64,000 nucleotides of DNA, from positions 868,001-932,000 of the forward strand of contig NEEC01000009.1 of the NCBI GenBank assembly GCA_002189035.1. The letters are read 5' to 3'. Position 1 is the first letter of the stretch, and every line of letters begins with the position of its first letter. Shown here piece after piece: positions 1 through 9,357 of this stretch. Position numbers and translations under genes: made by a program. This DNA comes from Utricularia gibba (lineage: Eukaryota; Plantae; Magnoliophyta). The notes under the pieces were generated by a model, which worked only from the letters and a program-made list of their open reading frames with translations, was not told the origin of the DNA and searched no databases.

Positions 1-177
1 TGCCGCATTTCTATTCTTGTAACTGAATGCTGCTTCTCACTCCCCCTGCAAAAGCTCTCTGTCGTTTCTTCAGAAACCCAAACCAGAAGAATCTTCATTC
101 TTCTTCTCCTCTCTCTTTCTTCTCCCAATAAATCCCCCCGAGAGAGCGTTTGTTTTCTTCAAGCTTATCTCAGCAAA

Positions 178-858
178 ATGGCTACCGAGTCCGTTGAGAG
201 AAAACCCATGAAGCATTCGCAGCCGCCGGAGCCAGAGCATCTCCCCTGCCCCCGCTGCGATTCCACCAACACCAAGTTCTGTTACTACAACAACTATAAC
301 TTCTCGCAGCCACGCCATTTCTGCAAATCGTGCCGCCGGTACTGGACGCATGGGGGCACTCTCCGGGATATTCCGATTGGTGGGGGTAGCCGGAAAAACG
401 CGAAACGCTCGAGGAACGGGAGTGTTTCGTCTGTGTCTGCCTCTTCTTCTTCTTGCTCGTCGAGCGCCGCTGCCGTAGCCCATTTTGGGATCCCCGCCGA
501 GGTCGCGTCGCAGTTCATCGCGCCTTTCGCGGCGGATCACACGCCGTGTTTCCGGGATACCTTTACGTCTTTGCTGAATACCCAGGGCGCAGGGATGTGG
601 GCACTGGGTGGATTCGGTTTTGGGTCGAGGTTCGGGTTTGAAGATATGGGGTTTGGGCATGCGAGAGGTAGCTGGCCCATCACAGATGTTGCTGCGCCTG
701 CTGTTTTCACGACGACGTCTCCCGCCGGAGTAACTTCTGGGCCGTACACGTGGCAGGTGGAGGGCGGCGACGGTGCATTTTCAGGGGTAGGCGGTGACTG
801 TTTCACCCTCCCGGAACTGGCAATCTCGTCCACATACTGCGGAAGCGTGTGCAAGTGA
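178..858 (+). CDS. Dof zinc-finger transcription factor (intronless, 226 aa)
   Basis: Canonical Dof domain [50 protein letters not shown], followed by a Ser-rich linker. Confidence 0.95.
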   Translation: MATESVERKPMKHSQPPEPEHLPCPRCDSTNTKFCYYNNYNFSQPRHFCKSCRRYWTHGGTLRDIPIGGGSRKNAKRSRNGSVSSVSASSSSCSSSAAAVAHFGIPAEVASQFIAPFAADHTPCFRDTFTSLLNTQGAGMWALGGFGFGSRFGFEDMGFGHARGSWPITDVAAPAVFTTTSPAGVTSGPYTWQVEGGDGAFSGVGGDCFTLPELAISSTYCGSVCK

Positions 859-1080
859 AATAACGCATTTGCCCTTTTGTGTTCTGGGGAGTATTCTCGA
901 CTTTTAGCCTTGTTGATTTATTAGGTGCTAATTACCGTTTAAAAGACAATTATGCCTGTTTTGTTAACCTCTTACTATCTTTCAAATAAATTAATTACTT
1001 TGAAAAAAATGCGTAATTAATTTAATTACGTCATTATAATCCTCAAAAGCTTGGGTAGAAATGTAAAATTGGCATTTTTA

Positions 1081-1520
1081 CAGCCAAAGAAACTGGGCTT
1101 CTATGTAATGAAAAAGGTGGCCCCAGAGTGGGTGGAAGTGGGGTTTCAAAATTTTGCATTTTTCACCAAGGGTAACTGGGCCTCCATGTAATAAAAAGAA
1201 AATGTGTCCCAAGGATAGAGGAAGTAGGGTTACAAGAATTTTGCATGACTGGGGCCTCTATGTAATAAAAAGAAAGTGTGTCCCAGAGTGGAAGCAGGGT
1301 TTCATTTTTCATCAAGGAAAACTGGGGCTTCTATGTAATAAAAAGAAGGTGTGTCCCAAACTGGAAGCAGGGATTCAAGAATTTTGCAATTTTCGTCAGG
1401 GGAAACTGGGGCTTCTATGTAATAAAAAGAAAGTGGTCCCAGGGTGGAGGTGGGGTTTCAATGTAAAATCAGGAAAGTGGTCCGAGGGTTCTGCAAAGCT
1501 TAAAAGTGGTCCGGGGTCAA
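1081..1520. repeat. Degenerate tandem repeat, five copies of 73-84 bp plus a partial sixth; possible DNA-transposon subterminal remnant
   Basis: Core ACTGGG(G)C(T/C)TC(T/C)ATGTAAT.AAAAG recurs with the ATGTAAT core at ~1101, 1184, 1258, 1331 and 1415; each is followed by GTG(T)GTCCC..GGAAG..GGG-like blocks. Confidence 0.85.
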
Positions 1521-2072
1521 AGTAATATAAAGAAAAACAGCTCTCATTAATACCCTTTGGTGCTTACTCTAGTTTCAGTTAAATCACTTGAACTCCAGCT
1601 TCAGTACCCGCTATGTGTTCGCCGAAATCCCGCCGTGGGCGTATGCAATGGGAAATCACGATGACGAAGAGTGGGAATCAGGGGATGTTGTTGAGTGTGA
1701 TGATATGGGTTCATCTCGTTCTTTTACTACTTACTATCAACAGTTTCAGGTTCAAATTGGACACGCAGATGGTACAGATGACATGAGAGTGGCTGGGATT
1801 TGTCGTGTTTGAAGGAGTGGTTGAGATATTGCCTCACTTTTTTAGTGGGTATGGATAAATCCATGGAGATAAGTAGTGTTCATGTGATGGTGGAAGAAGA
1901 TCCAAAATCCGTGACTTTCAGAGAGAGGGAAGAGCGAACAACACCATTGGTTTTCATGGTTTGCACCAGAATAAGTGAGTGGTCTTCTTATGGGACAAAG
2001 CTCATGAATTTATTGCACGATCACCGGAATTGCACTGATGGGGATGACATCTGAAGATACATTGAAAGAGGG

Positions 2073-3017
2073 TCAAGCGTATTTGTCTGCGATCTCGGAC
2101 AAGGCCTTGGCGAGAGCATCAGGCTGAGTGAACATGGGCATATGGTCAGCACCTTTGATCTCTTTCACCTCCACCACCGGATAATTCTCGATCTGCCACC
2201 GCTGGAAATCCGCCGGGATCGTCTTGTCGTCGGCTGCAATAACGTAGACACGTGGGACGGACCCGTATTTCTCATCGGAGAAGTTGGGGAGAGTGGCCAG
2301 GTCCTCCAGGAATAGCGATCCCGGCCGCACGGACAAATGTCCCAGTGCTTGATCCTGTCCAATTTGCACGATCAGTAGTCTGTTCGCTTTGTTCAGTACT
2401 GATTGTAATGAAATGTGACAACCTCAGCGGGAGACAGATTGTATAGCGACTCAGAGATGAACTTGGGGCCGACGACCAGTGCGGTGATCGGAGGGTCTCC
2501 GTAGCTCGGAAATTGAGTGTCCAGCCATGCTTCCATCGGAGTCCTCTTCATATACTGTGAAGAACAGTCAAATGAAAGGCAGCAAGCTGATGAAGATGAA
2601 ATACAAGGGCCAAACAGAAAGTTCCAAGTAGTCAACATTTTAACTAAGTACCTCGTCAATGACAAACGACGGCCTATTCTTAGTATCAGGCATCAGGGCG
2701 TTGAGAAAAACGGCGACGGCGATCTTCTCCGGGTACTGCTCAATTGCATACGCCGCCGCGTAGCCTCCTCCACTATGCCCGATGAGAACCACTTTCTCTC
2801 CCTCCGGCACAGCAGCTAGTGCCTCCAGCAACGGCGTGGTGTAATCATGCAATGATCGAACCTCCTCCAATTTCTTCCCATTGTTACCCGCCGCCGCGAG
2901 GCTAATCGGCGAGAACCGGTAACCGGCGGCCTCCATTCGGGGCTTCAGCTTGTAGTACACCCAGGCCCCGTGGCCGACGCCGTGCACGGCGAGGAAATGC
3001 TTCGGTTCCCCCGCCAT
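2073..3017 (-). CDS. MES: Methylesterase (MES/SABP2/PNAE)-family alpha/beta-hydrolase, 259 aa, 3 exons; candidate iridoid cyclase-type
   Basis: Exons 3017-2652, 2554-2423 and 2354-2073 with GT-AG phase-0 introns of 97 and 68 nt. Motifs HFLAVHGVGHGAWVYYK, GHSGGG (nucleophile Ser), DDKTIP (Asp) and GADHMPM (His); the triad is intact. Confidence 0.93.
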
Positions 3018-3647
3018 AGTTGATCTGAACTGATTTAGTGAGGAATTGGGTGCGACTACATTCTCCCATGAAGCCCGAATTTATAACGGGAACGTCGAAC
3101 GTGAAACCAGAATATATTTTCCAATTTAAGCATCCTTTATTTATAAATATTGCAAGTTAAATATTCTTCGAAAATCTTCACGTGAGTTTATTAATAATAT
3201 AATTAATTACATTATATTATTTAAATCTTTTAAACCATATTTATTTATTATTTAATATAATTTAAATAATAATGTGACAAATAATTTTGGTCGTACAACA
3301 ACCCTAATTCCCCTCGAGGAGCACGAGACGAAGGAAATACTATTATTTTTTTGCTCCAAATAAATTAATAAAATAATATTTGAAAAAAAAAAGGTCTAAT
3401 GTTGTAATTGTGGCCATACACCCACTCCTCCGTTGTCCCTTCCGTTGCCACGATTATCGTTTGACCTAATTTCCGATAGACGGTGGCCACCGACTCCCCG
3501 TCTGTGAGGTAGTAGAGAAAAGACCAGAAAGGGATGCTGCCAAAATCTGCATTTTATAATAAGGCTCTCGCGTGCCACGAGTTTGAGTTTGTCTGGTATT
3601 TAAGATCACCGCCGGGGTGAACAGAGGGATCCCTATCCGACGCCGGT
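3018..3647. promoter_or_regulatory. 630-bp divergent (bidirectional) promoter shared by MES and CYP76B
   Basis: Head-to-head ATGs at 3017(-) and 3648(+). TATAAAT on minus at 3085-3079; AACGTG at 3098-3103; G-box CACGTG at 3179-3184; CACGAG at ~3323 and ~3577; TATTTAA on plus at ~3597; AT-rich core. Confidence 0.7.
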
Positions 3648-5207
3648 ATGGATTTCCTCACGGTTGTGCTCGGAATCCTCTTCGTTGTCACCCTTGTTCA
3701 CGCGCTCCAAGCGCTTCCCACTAGAGGGAAGAAGCTGCCTCCTGGGCCGACTCCTTTACCGCTGATAGGAAGCCTCCACCTGCTGGGAGATCAACCCCAT
3801 CAGTCTCTGGCGAGGCTGGCCAAGATCCATGGACCTTTGATGTGCATCCGTCTTGGATTCATCAACACGGTGGTGGCAACGTCGAATGAAATGGCCAGAG
3901 AGCTGCTGCAGAAGCAGGACTTGGTGTTTTCAAGTCGGACAGTACCGAATGCCATCCATGCGCACGACCAGTTTAAGTACTCCGTTGTGTGGTTACCGGT
4001 GGCGGCGCGGTGGAGAGGTCTCCGGAAGGCGTTGAACTCGAATATCTTTGCGGGGAGCCGGCTGGATGCGAATCAGCATCTTAGGGTGAGGAAGGTGCAG
4101 GAGCTGATTGCGTACTGTAAAAAGAGTAGTCAGAGCGGGACCCCGGTGGATGTCGGAAGAGCGGCGTTCCGGACGTCGTTGAATCTGCTTTCCAACACCA
4201 TCTTCTCCAAGGACTTGACGGACCCATTTTCCGATTCGGCCAAGGAGTTCAAGGAGCTGGTGTGGGGCGTCATGGTGGAAGCTGGGAAACCCAATCTTGT
4301 GGATTTTTTCCCCTTACTTGAAAAAGTTGACCCACAGGGAATCAGAAAGCGCATGACGCAGCATTTCTCCAAAATCATCGATCTTTTCCATGGATTGATC
4401 GATGAGAGGATGAAGAAGAAAGCCCAGAGTGATGAGGATTTTGGCGATGTCATCGACGGCTTGCTTGCGGTCAGTAAAGAAAGCCCTGATGAAATGGATC
4501 GGACTCACATAGAGCGCATGTGTCTGGTAAAGGAAAATGAATTCTCACAGAAGTTGGGGTACGAATTTAGTCGAATACCTGATGAGCGTCGTTTCCTGCA
4601 GGATCTGTTCGTCGCCGGGACCGACACAACCTCGAGCACGCTCGAGTGGGCGATGGCGGAGATGCTCAAGAATCCTGAAGCAATGAAGAAAGCGAAGGAA
4701 GAGCTCGCGAATGTCATCGGAAAAGGGAAAGCCCTCGAGGAAGCAGACATCCCGCGACTACCTTACATCCGGAGCATCATCAAGGAGACTCTCCGTATCC
4801 ATCCGCCGGTGCCGTTCTTGATCCCCCGCCGCGTGGAACAGGACGTGGAAGTCTCCGGCTACACTGTACCTAAAGACTCGCAAGTGTTCGTGAACGTGTG
4901 GGCAATCGGGAGAGACCCCACTATCTGGCCAAATCCGCTGGAATTCAAACCGGAAAGGTTTCTCGAATCCGCGATCGACATGCGCGGCCGCGACTTCGAG
5001 CTGATCCCGTTCGGCGCGGGCCGGAGAATCTGCCCAGGGTTGCCGCTTGCGATCAGAATGGTGCCGGTGATGTTGGGCTCCCTGCTGAACTCGTTCGACT
5101 GGAAACTAGAAAACGGAATGACGAGTAATGATTTAGATATGGAGGAGAAGTTCGGAATCACCCTGCAGAAAGCTCACCCTCTCCGCGCCATTCCCATCCC
5201 CCTGTAA
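3648..5207 (+). CDS. G8H: Cytochrome P450 CYP76B, geraniol 8-hydroxylase (G8H/G10H)-like, 494 aa after removing one intron
   Basis: Exons 3648-4526 and 4602-5207 with a 75-nt GT-AG intron. PPGP hinge, I-helix DLFVAGTDTTS, ETLR, KPERF and heme motif PFGAGRRICPG. Long stretches recalled as nearly identical to Catharanthus CYP76B6 (LHLLGDQPH, RLDANQHLR..KVQELIAYC, DVGRAAFRTSLNLLSN, MVEAGKPNLVDFFPLLEKVDPQGIR, HIERMCLDLF, MEEKFGITLQKAHPLRA). Confidence 0.92.
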   Translation: MDFLTVVLGILFVVTLVHALQALPTRGKKLPPGPTPLPLIGSLHLLGDQPHQSLARLAKIHGPLMCIRLGFINTVVATSNEMARELLQKQDLVFSSRTVPNAIHAHDQFKYSVVWLPVAARWRGLRKALNSNIFAGSRLDANQHLRVRKVQELIAYCKKSSQSGTPVDVGRAAFRTSLNLLSNTIFSKDLTDPFSDSAKEFKELVWGVMVEAGKPNLVDFFPLLEKVDPQGIRKRMTQHFSKIIDLFHGLIDERMKKKAQSDEDFGDVIDGLLAVSKESPDEMDRTHIERMCLVKENEFSQKLGYEFSRIPDERRFLQDLFVAGTDTTSSTLEWAMAEMLKNPEAMKKAKEELANVIGKGKALEEADIPRLPYIRSIIKETLRIHPPVPFLIPRRVEQDVEVSGYTVPKDSQVFVNVWAIGRDPTIWPNPLEFKPERFLESAIDMRGRDFELIPFGAGRRICPGLPLAIRMVPVMLGSLLNSFDWKLENGMTSNDLDMEEKFGITLQKAHPLRAIPIPL

Positions 5208-5263
5208 CCGCCATACCCAAAGAAATAAACACACGCAGCACAACGTGAATTCCCGGCCCCCAG

Positions 5264-5376
5264 CATCTGCGTTATGCTTCACGTTGTTGAACTGCTTGCT
5301 TCATGAATGGGAGTTTCCGCTTACTTTTTCAATCACGCGACCTTATCGCAGCACAACGTGAAGCATAACGCCGATG
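5264..5376. repeat. Inverted repeat / hairpin downstream of G8H
   Basis: 19-bp perfect arms 5269-5287 (GCGTTATGCTTCACGTTGT) and 5353-5371 (ACAACGTGAAGCATAACGC), extended by CATC/GATG; partial third copy at 5235-5249. Confidence 0.8.
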
Positions 5377-5558
5377 AATGTGCCAAAGGAAACATGATCG
5401 GAAAAACTACGTCACCGTTTTAAGGATGGTGTACGGAGGAAAAAGGCAACCAGTGAAAAATCAATTCTGGTATCACAGTTTACAAAATCGCAAGGTTATC
5501 CCATTTGAGAGACAACCATGAAGAAACCACTGTATCTCTTTAAGGTCAGATGATCGGT

Positions 5559-7844
5559 CTATGGATGATTCCGTCCCGCAGCTTTTCCGCAGAGAAGCAC
5601 ATTCGTCGGAATATCGTATTCGTTGGCAAGACTGGGCGTCGGATTGTAGACCCTGAGGTAGAGCTCTTGCCCCAGGTATCGTCTTCCCCACATTGCTGAT
5701 CTTAAATTCCACATGCCCTGATTGTCTAGAGAGACCAGGATCGTGGTCCATGAATTGGGGTATACCTGCAGAGCAAGATGAAAGTGGCGTGGGTGAATCA
5801 TTCATTCACTGTCTGAAACTGATCAGCGGTTGCAGAAGGTTAGAAGCTCAAGAGTTACCTGAGCGGTATGCCTTGTCAATGCATCAACAAGATTGTAAGA
5901 CTTTCTGCTGTCTGTTGTCCACTGCCCTGCTCCGTATCTGCTCAACAAGCAGGAACCAGATTAGCGCACATTGGCAGGATTTTGGAAGAGAGAAAGGAGA
6001 TGATGATGTAATCGTGGCTCCTACCCGACAACCCAGAAATCGTAGCCATCAAGATGCCATGACTGAACGCTGTCCTCGTTGTTCTGGAAGACAACTTCAA
6101 GAAACTCATGAAGAGAAGCCCCAAGGACAGATGTGCCAAAGCCTGCACCATTTCCATTGGGAGAACTCTGGATGGAGTTTACACTAAAAACACCAGGAAT
6201 GTTGAAGTAGTCTGCGAGCTTTAATGGAGTATCCGGATTGATATATGAGATCCCATTAACTGCATATCTCTGCTTGCCACCAAGGACAGGTGCTGAGTTC
6301 GCCAGCACAATGGTCCTCGATGGTGTTATTGTTCCGTAATGGAACGAGCCCTGTGGATTCGGCCTTGCAGCATTTGAGGTAAGATTCCATCTGAGATGCA
6401 ACCAGACATAAACTTAGAAGAACCCCATGTCTGAAAACTGAGGATGCATGAGCATCACGGGAGCTAGATAAGAACCTCCATCTAGTTCATACCTGAGGGA
6501 TCTGGCTTGGTCGATTGACCAATCAATTTCCGTTGTCGGACCGGCGGGAGAGGACCAGACACAGGAACCGTTGATTGGGAGTAGTGCAGGATTCCAGAAC
6601 CAGAGAGGACGGTAGGGGTGAACCTTGAGGATGCAACAATGTAGTAGTCGCGAGCAGGCTGATCCATGGTGACTAAAATTGTTGCAGTTTGGCCAACATG
6701 AATATCTAGAGAATCATAGACATTCTGGAGAACATTAGATCCTTCCACCTCAACGAGCTTCAGTTTATGCCCCTGAATTCTGAAGTTGAACGATGTGGAC
6801 AAGCCGACATTCGAAACCCTGAACATGTAAGTTCTCCCTGCAAAACCATGACAAGATTTGAGCATGAGGCCAAGAAATAAAAGAAAATCTGGAACTGGAA
6901 TTTGTTCAATGCAGCAAAAACGCATGTGTTGTAAGAAACACAGAACCTTGATTACAAGTGAACGTAGACCCCCGTTGGCCGTTGATAAGAATTCCATCAG
7001 GGAAGGGCAGTGGGCGCCCTGAATCCAAAGCTTGCTGCAACATCTGTCAGAGCAAATATGCATGATCACCCATCAAGCTTTTCTGCAAGTTTTCATCACA
7101 AGGTGCAACTAGCAAGTTGTTACCTTATGAGTAGAACTGTGCCAATCACCAATGAGCAAGCTAAAGTCTCCATCAGGCTTCGCGTACGGAACCGGAATGA
7201 CAGACCGTGCATAGATATTCAGAGCTCCAAAACCTCCAGCTGCTCTATGCATCTGAGTTGATGGGAAGTATGTGTAGCTCCCAATTTGATCCTTTGTTTG
7301 GAACTTATACGTGTAGTTTGAATTTGGTGGTACAGGACAGTTAGTTCCCAAAACACCATCTTGCCAGCTATTTTTCCTCTGCTTGATTCCATTCCTATCA
7401 TAGAACACAAATACAAATAAAAACAACTATTGGAGACATGACAGCAGCAATTTCAGACAAAGATCCTGTCTTTCCTCAAACAGCTTGAATCCAAATGTGT
7501 GGAAAATCGACTCACCAAGTTAAAAGAAAAGGCTGGTCTAATTTGTTCACTAAATTGAGAATTATGTTGTCATTGGTTACAGTATCAAGAGTAGGACCAG
7601 GGAACCGCCCGTTGATAAGAATGACCTGCAGATGATCCAACAACCAAACACTTTTCAGTACAAAAACTACTGAAAACACACAAAATAACTGAACATTGCA
7701 AACCTGCTGAGGAGTACCGAGTGGATAAGCAAATCCGTAGGTTACTGTCCAAGTATAGTACTTGTAAGCATCTTCAGCTCGGGCATCAGGGATACCCCAG
7801 AGAGCTAGAAGCGTGAGGAAAGACAGCAGCGTCCCCTGCTTCAT
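5559..7844 (-). CDS. SKU5-similar (SKS) L-ascorbate oxidase homolog, multi-exon; apparent 1-bp frameshift near 6546
   Basis: Signal peptide + AEDAYKYYTWTVTYG, ILINGRFPGP, NGIKQRKNSWQDGV.GTNCP, KDQIGSYTYFPS, FRVSNVGLSTSFNFRIQGH, RPNPQGSFHYG, WHLDGYDFWVVG, SLDNQGMWNLRS, NVLLCGKA*. Confidence 0.9.
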
Positions 7845-9357
7845 TTTCTGCAAGATTTCAACTTTATTCAGTAATCGAACTGTGGAACAGATTTAGGAAA
7901 ATGGGAGTTGCAAGCAAACATTTTTAAGCTACTGACAGATCTGATGAGGAGCACACACCCAGATCTGAACCGGCCGTCTATTAGCCAAGGAGACGGGAAC
8001 CCAATGAGGAACTAATGCTCAACCACAAAGGCAAGAAAATGGTGAGAACGCGGACAAGCGTGTTGCTTCAACACAGCTTGCATTAAATAGACAGGGATTC
8101 CCACTGCCCAATAGTGGTGGCCAAAAACTTCAACTAATTTAGCAAAGCAGCACAAGAAAGAAAAGACGAAAAAGAAAAGCAATTCTTTGAATACACTCCG
8201 CCGCTTCACTGATCCACGCGTTTCCGCGTTGCCTTGAACTTAATGGCTACACTTTTCGCACCGCTAGTCTCCTTCACTGTCGCCATGCCCGGTTCCTACT
8301 ACACTTATTTTAGAACACGAGACCCCACAGAATGGAACAACCGCTCACAGCTAAAAAAAACATTGTAGGACAAAATTATCAAAGCATGTAATAGTATCCT
8401 CGCAATTCATCTTCATTGGGATCCAAAGATTGCTCCTTTTAATCATGTTGTCTCTTTTCTCCACAAAACTTCATCAGACTAACTGCCCTATACACTCAAT
8501 GGATCTAACCCAAGTCAGAAAAAATGGTAACAGTTGGTAATGATGCAAACTCCATGATCGGAATCAGTCCTACACTAACACACTAGAGCTGCTCATTAAC
8601 TTCCCAATTCCCCAACTCTCCAGAAATAAATGAATCCCACCATAACGAAAATCAGTGTTGTAAAGATGAGTTTGAAAAAATACTATGTTATTTTTAAAAT
8701 ATTTGAAAAAAAATAAAAATTATTACATATATATATTGAATGTATTATTTGATTTATGTATAGATTTATTTTAATAAAAAGATGCCGCGTGAACGAATTA
8801 TTCGTCGCCAGCTGGGGATACGTGGTCCCACTTTTTGTTATTTTCTTTATGGATTTTTTTTCTTCCATATTTACGTTTCTGTAAATTGGGGTTTTTGATG
8901 CCTTCGAAGGCCGGGAAATTGGATCACCTGAACTCCATGGCGTGGGAGAGCGTTTTTCCTTAGGAATGGGGCGGGAGAGAGTGGCAAACGGTCAGGTGGT
9001 CGGAGAAACGGCTAACTTGGGATATGATGATTTCCCGATAGTTCAACTGGAAATGCCAATTATGGAGTGGACTAGGCTTTCCTGTAATTCAGGTGCGCCG
9101 GAATATGTTTTTGTGCTTATTTGATTTGAGGGTTGGATGCTAAAAATAGAAAGTCAAAGCGAAGCTTCCTTCCCTGGGTAGGAATGGAGGGAAAAGGTGT
9201 CTTGGAGGGAGTGTTATCAGAATTCGTCGGCCGTATTTTCCGGTGACAACCGGGCTCCGGCCGTCGGGGTTCTCTTTCTCCGTTCGCCATGTCTTTATTG
9301 AATCTATACTCTTGAATGGAAACAAAGATCACAGCTTGGTGGGGGTGTATGTAAACC

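Noticed and set aside
1081-1520. Regularly spaced repeats resembling a CRISPR array; ORFs 1154-1525 and 1278-1466
   Set aside because: The inter-core segments are also homologous (a tandem repeat, not unique spacers), the context is eukaryotic and there are no cas genes; the ORFs are by-products of the repeat.
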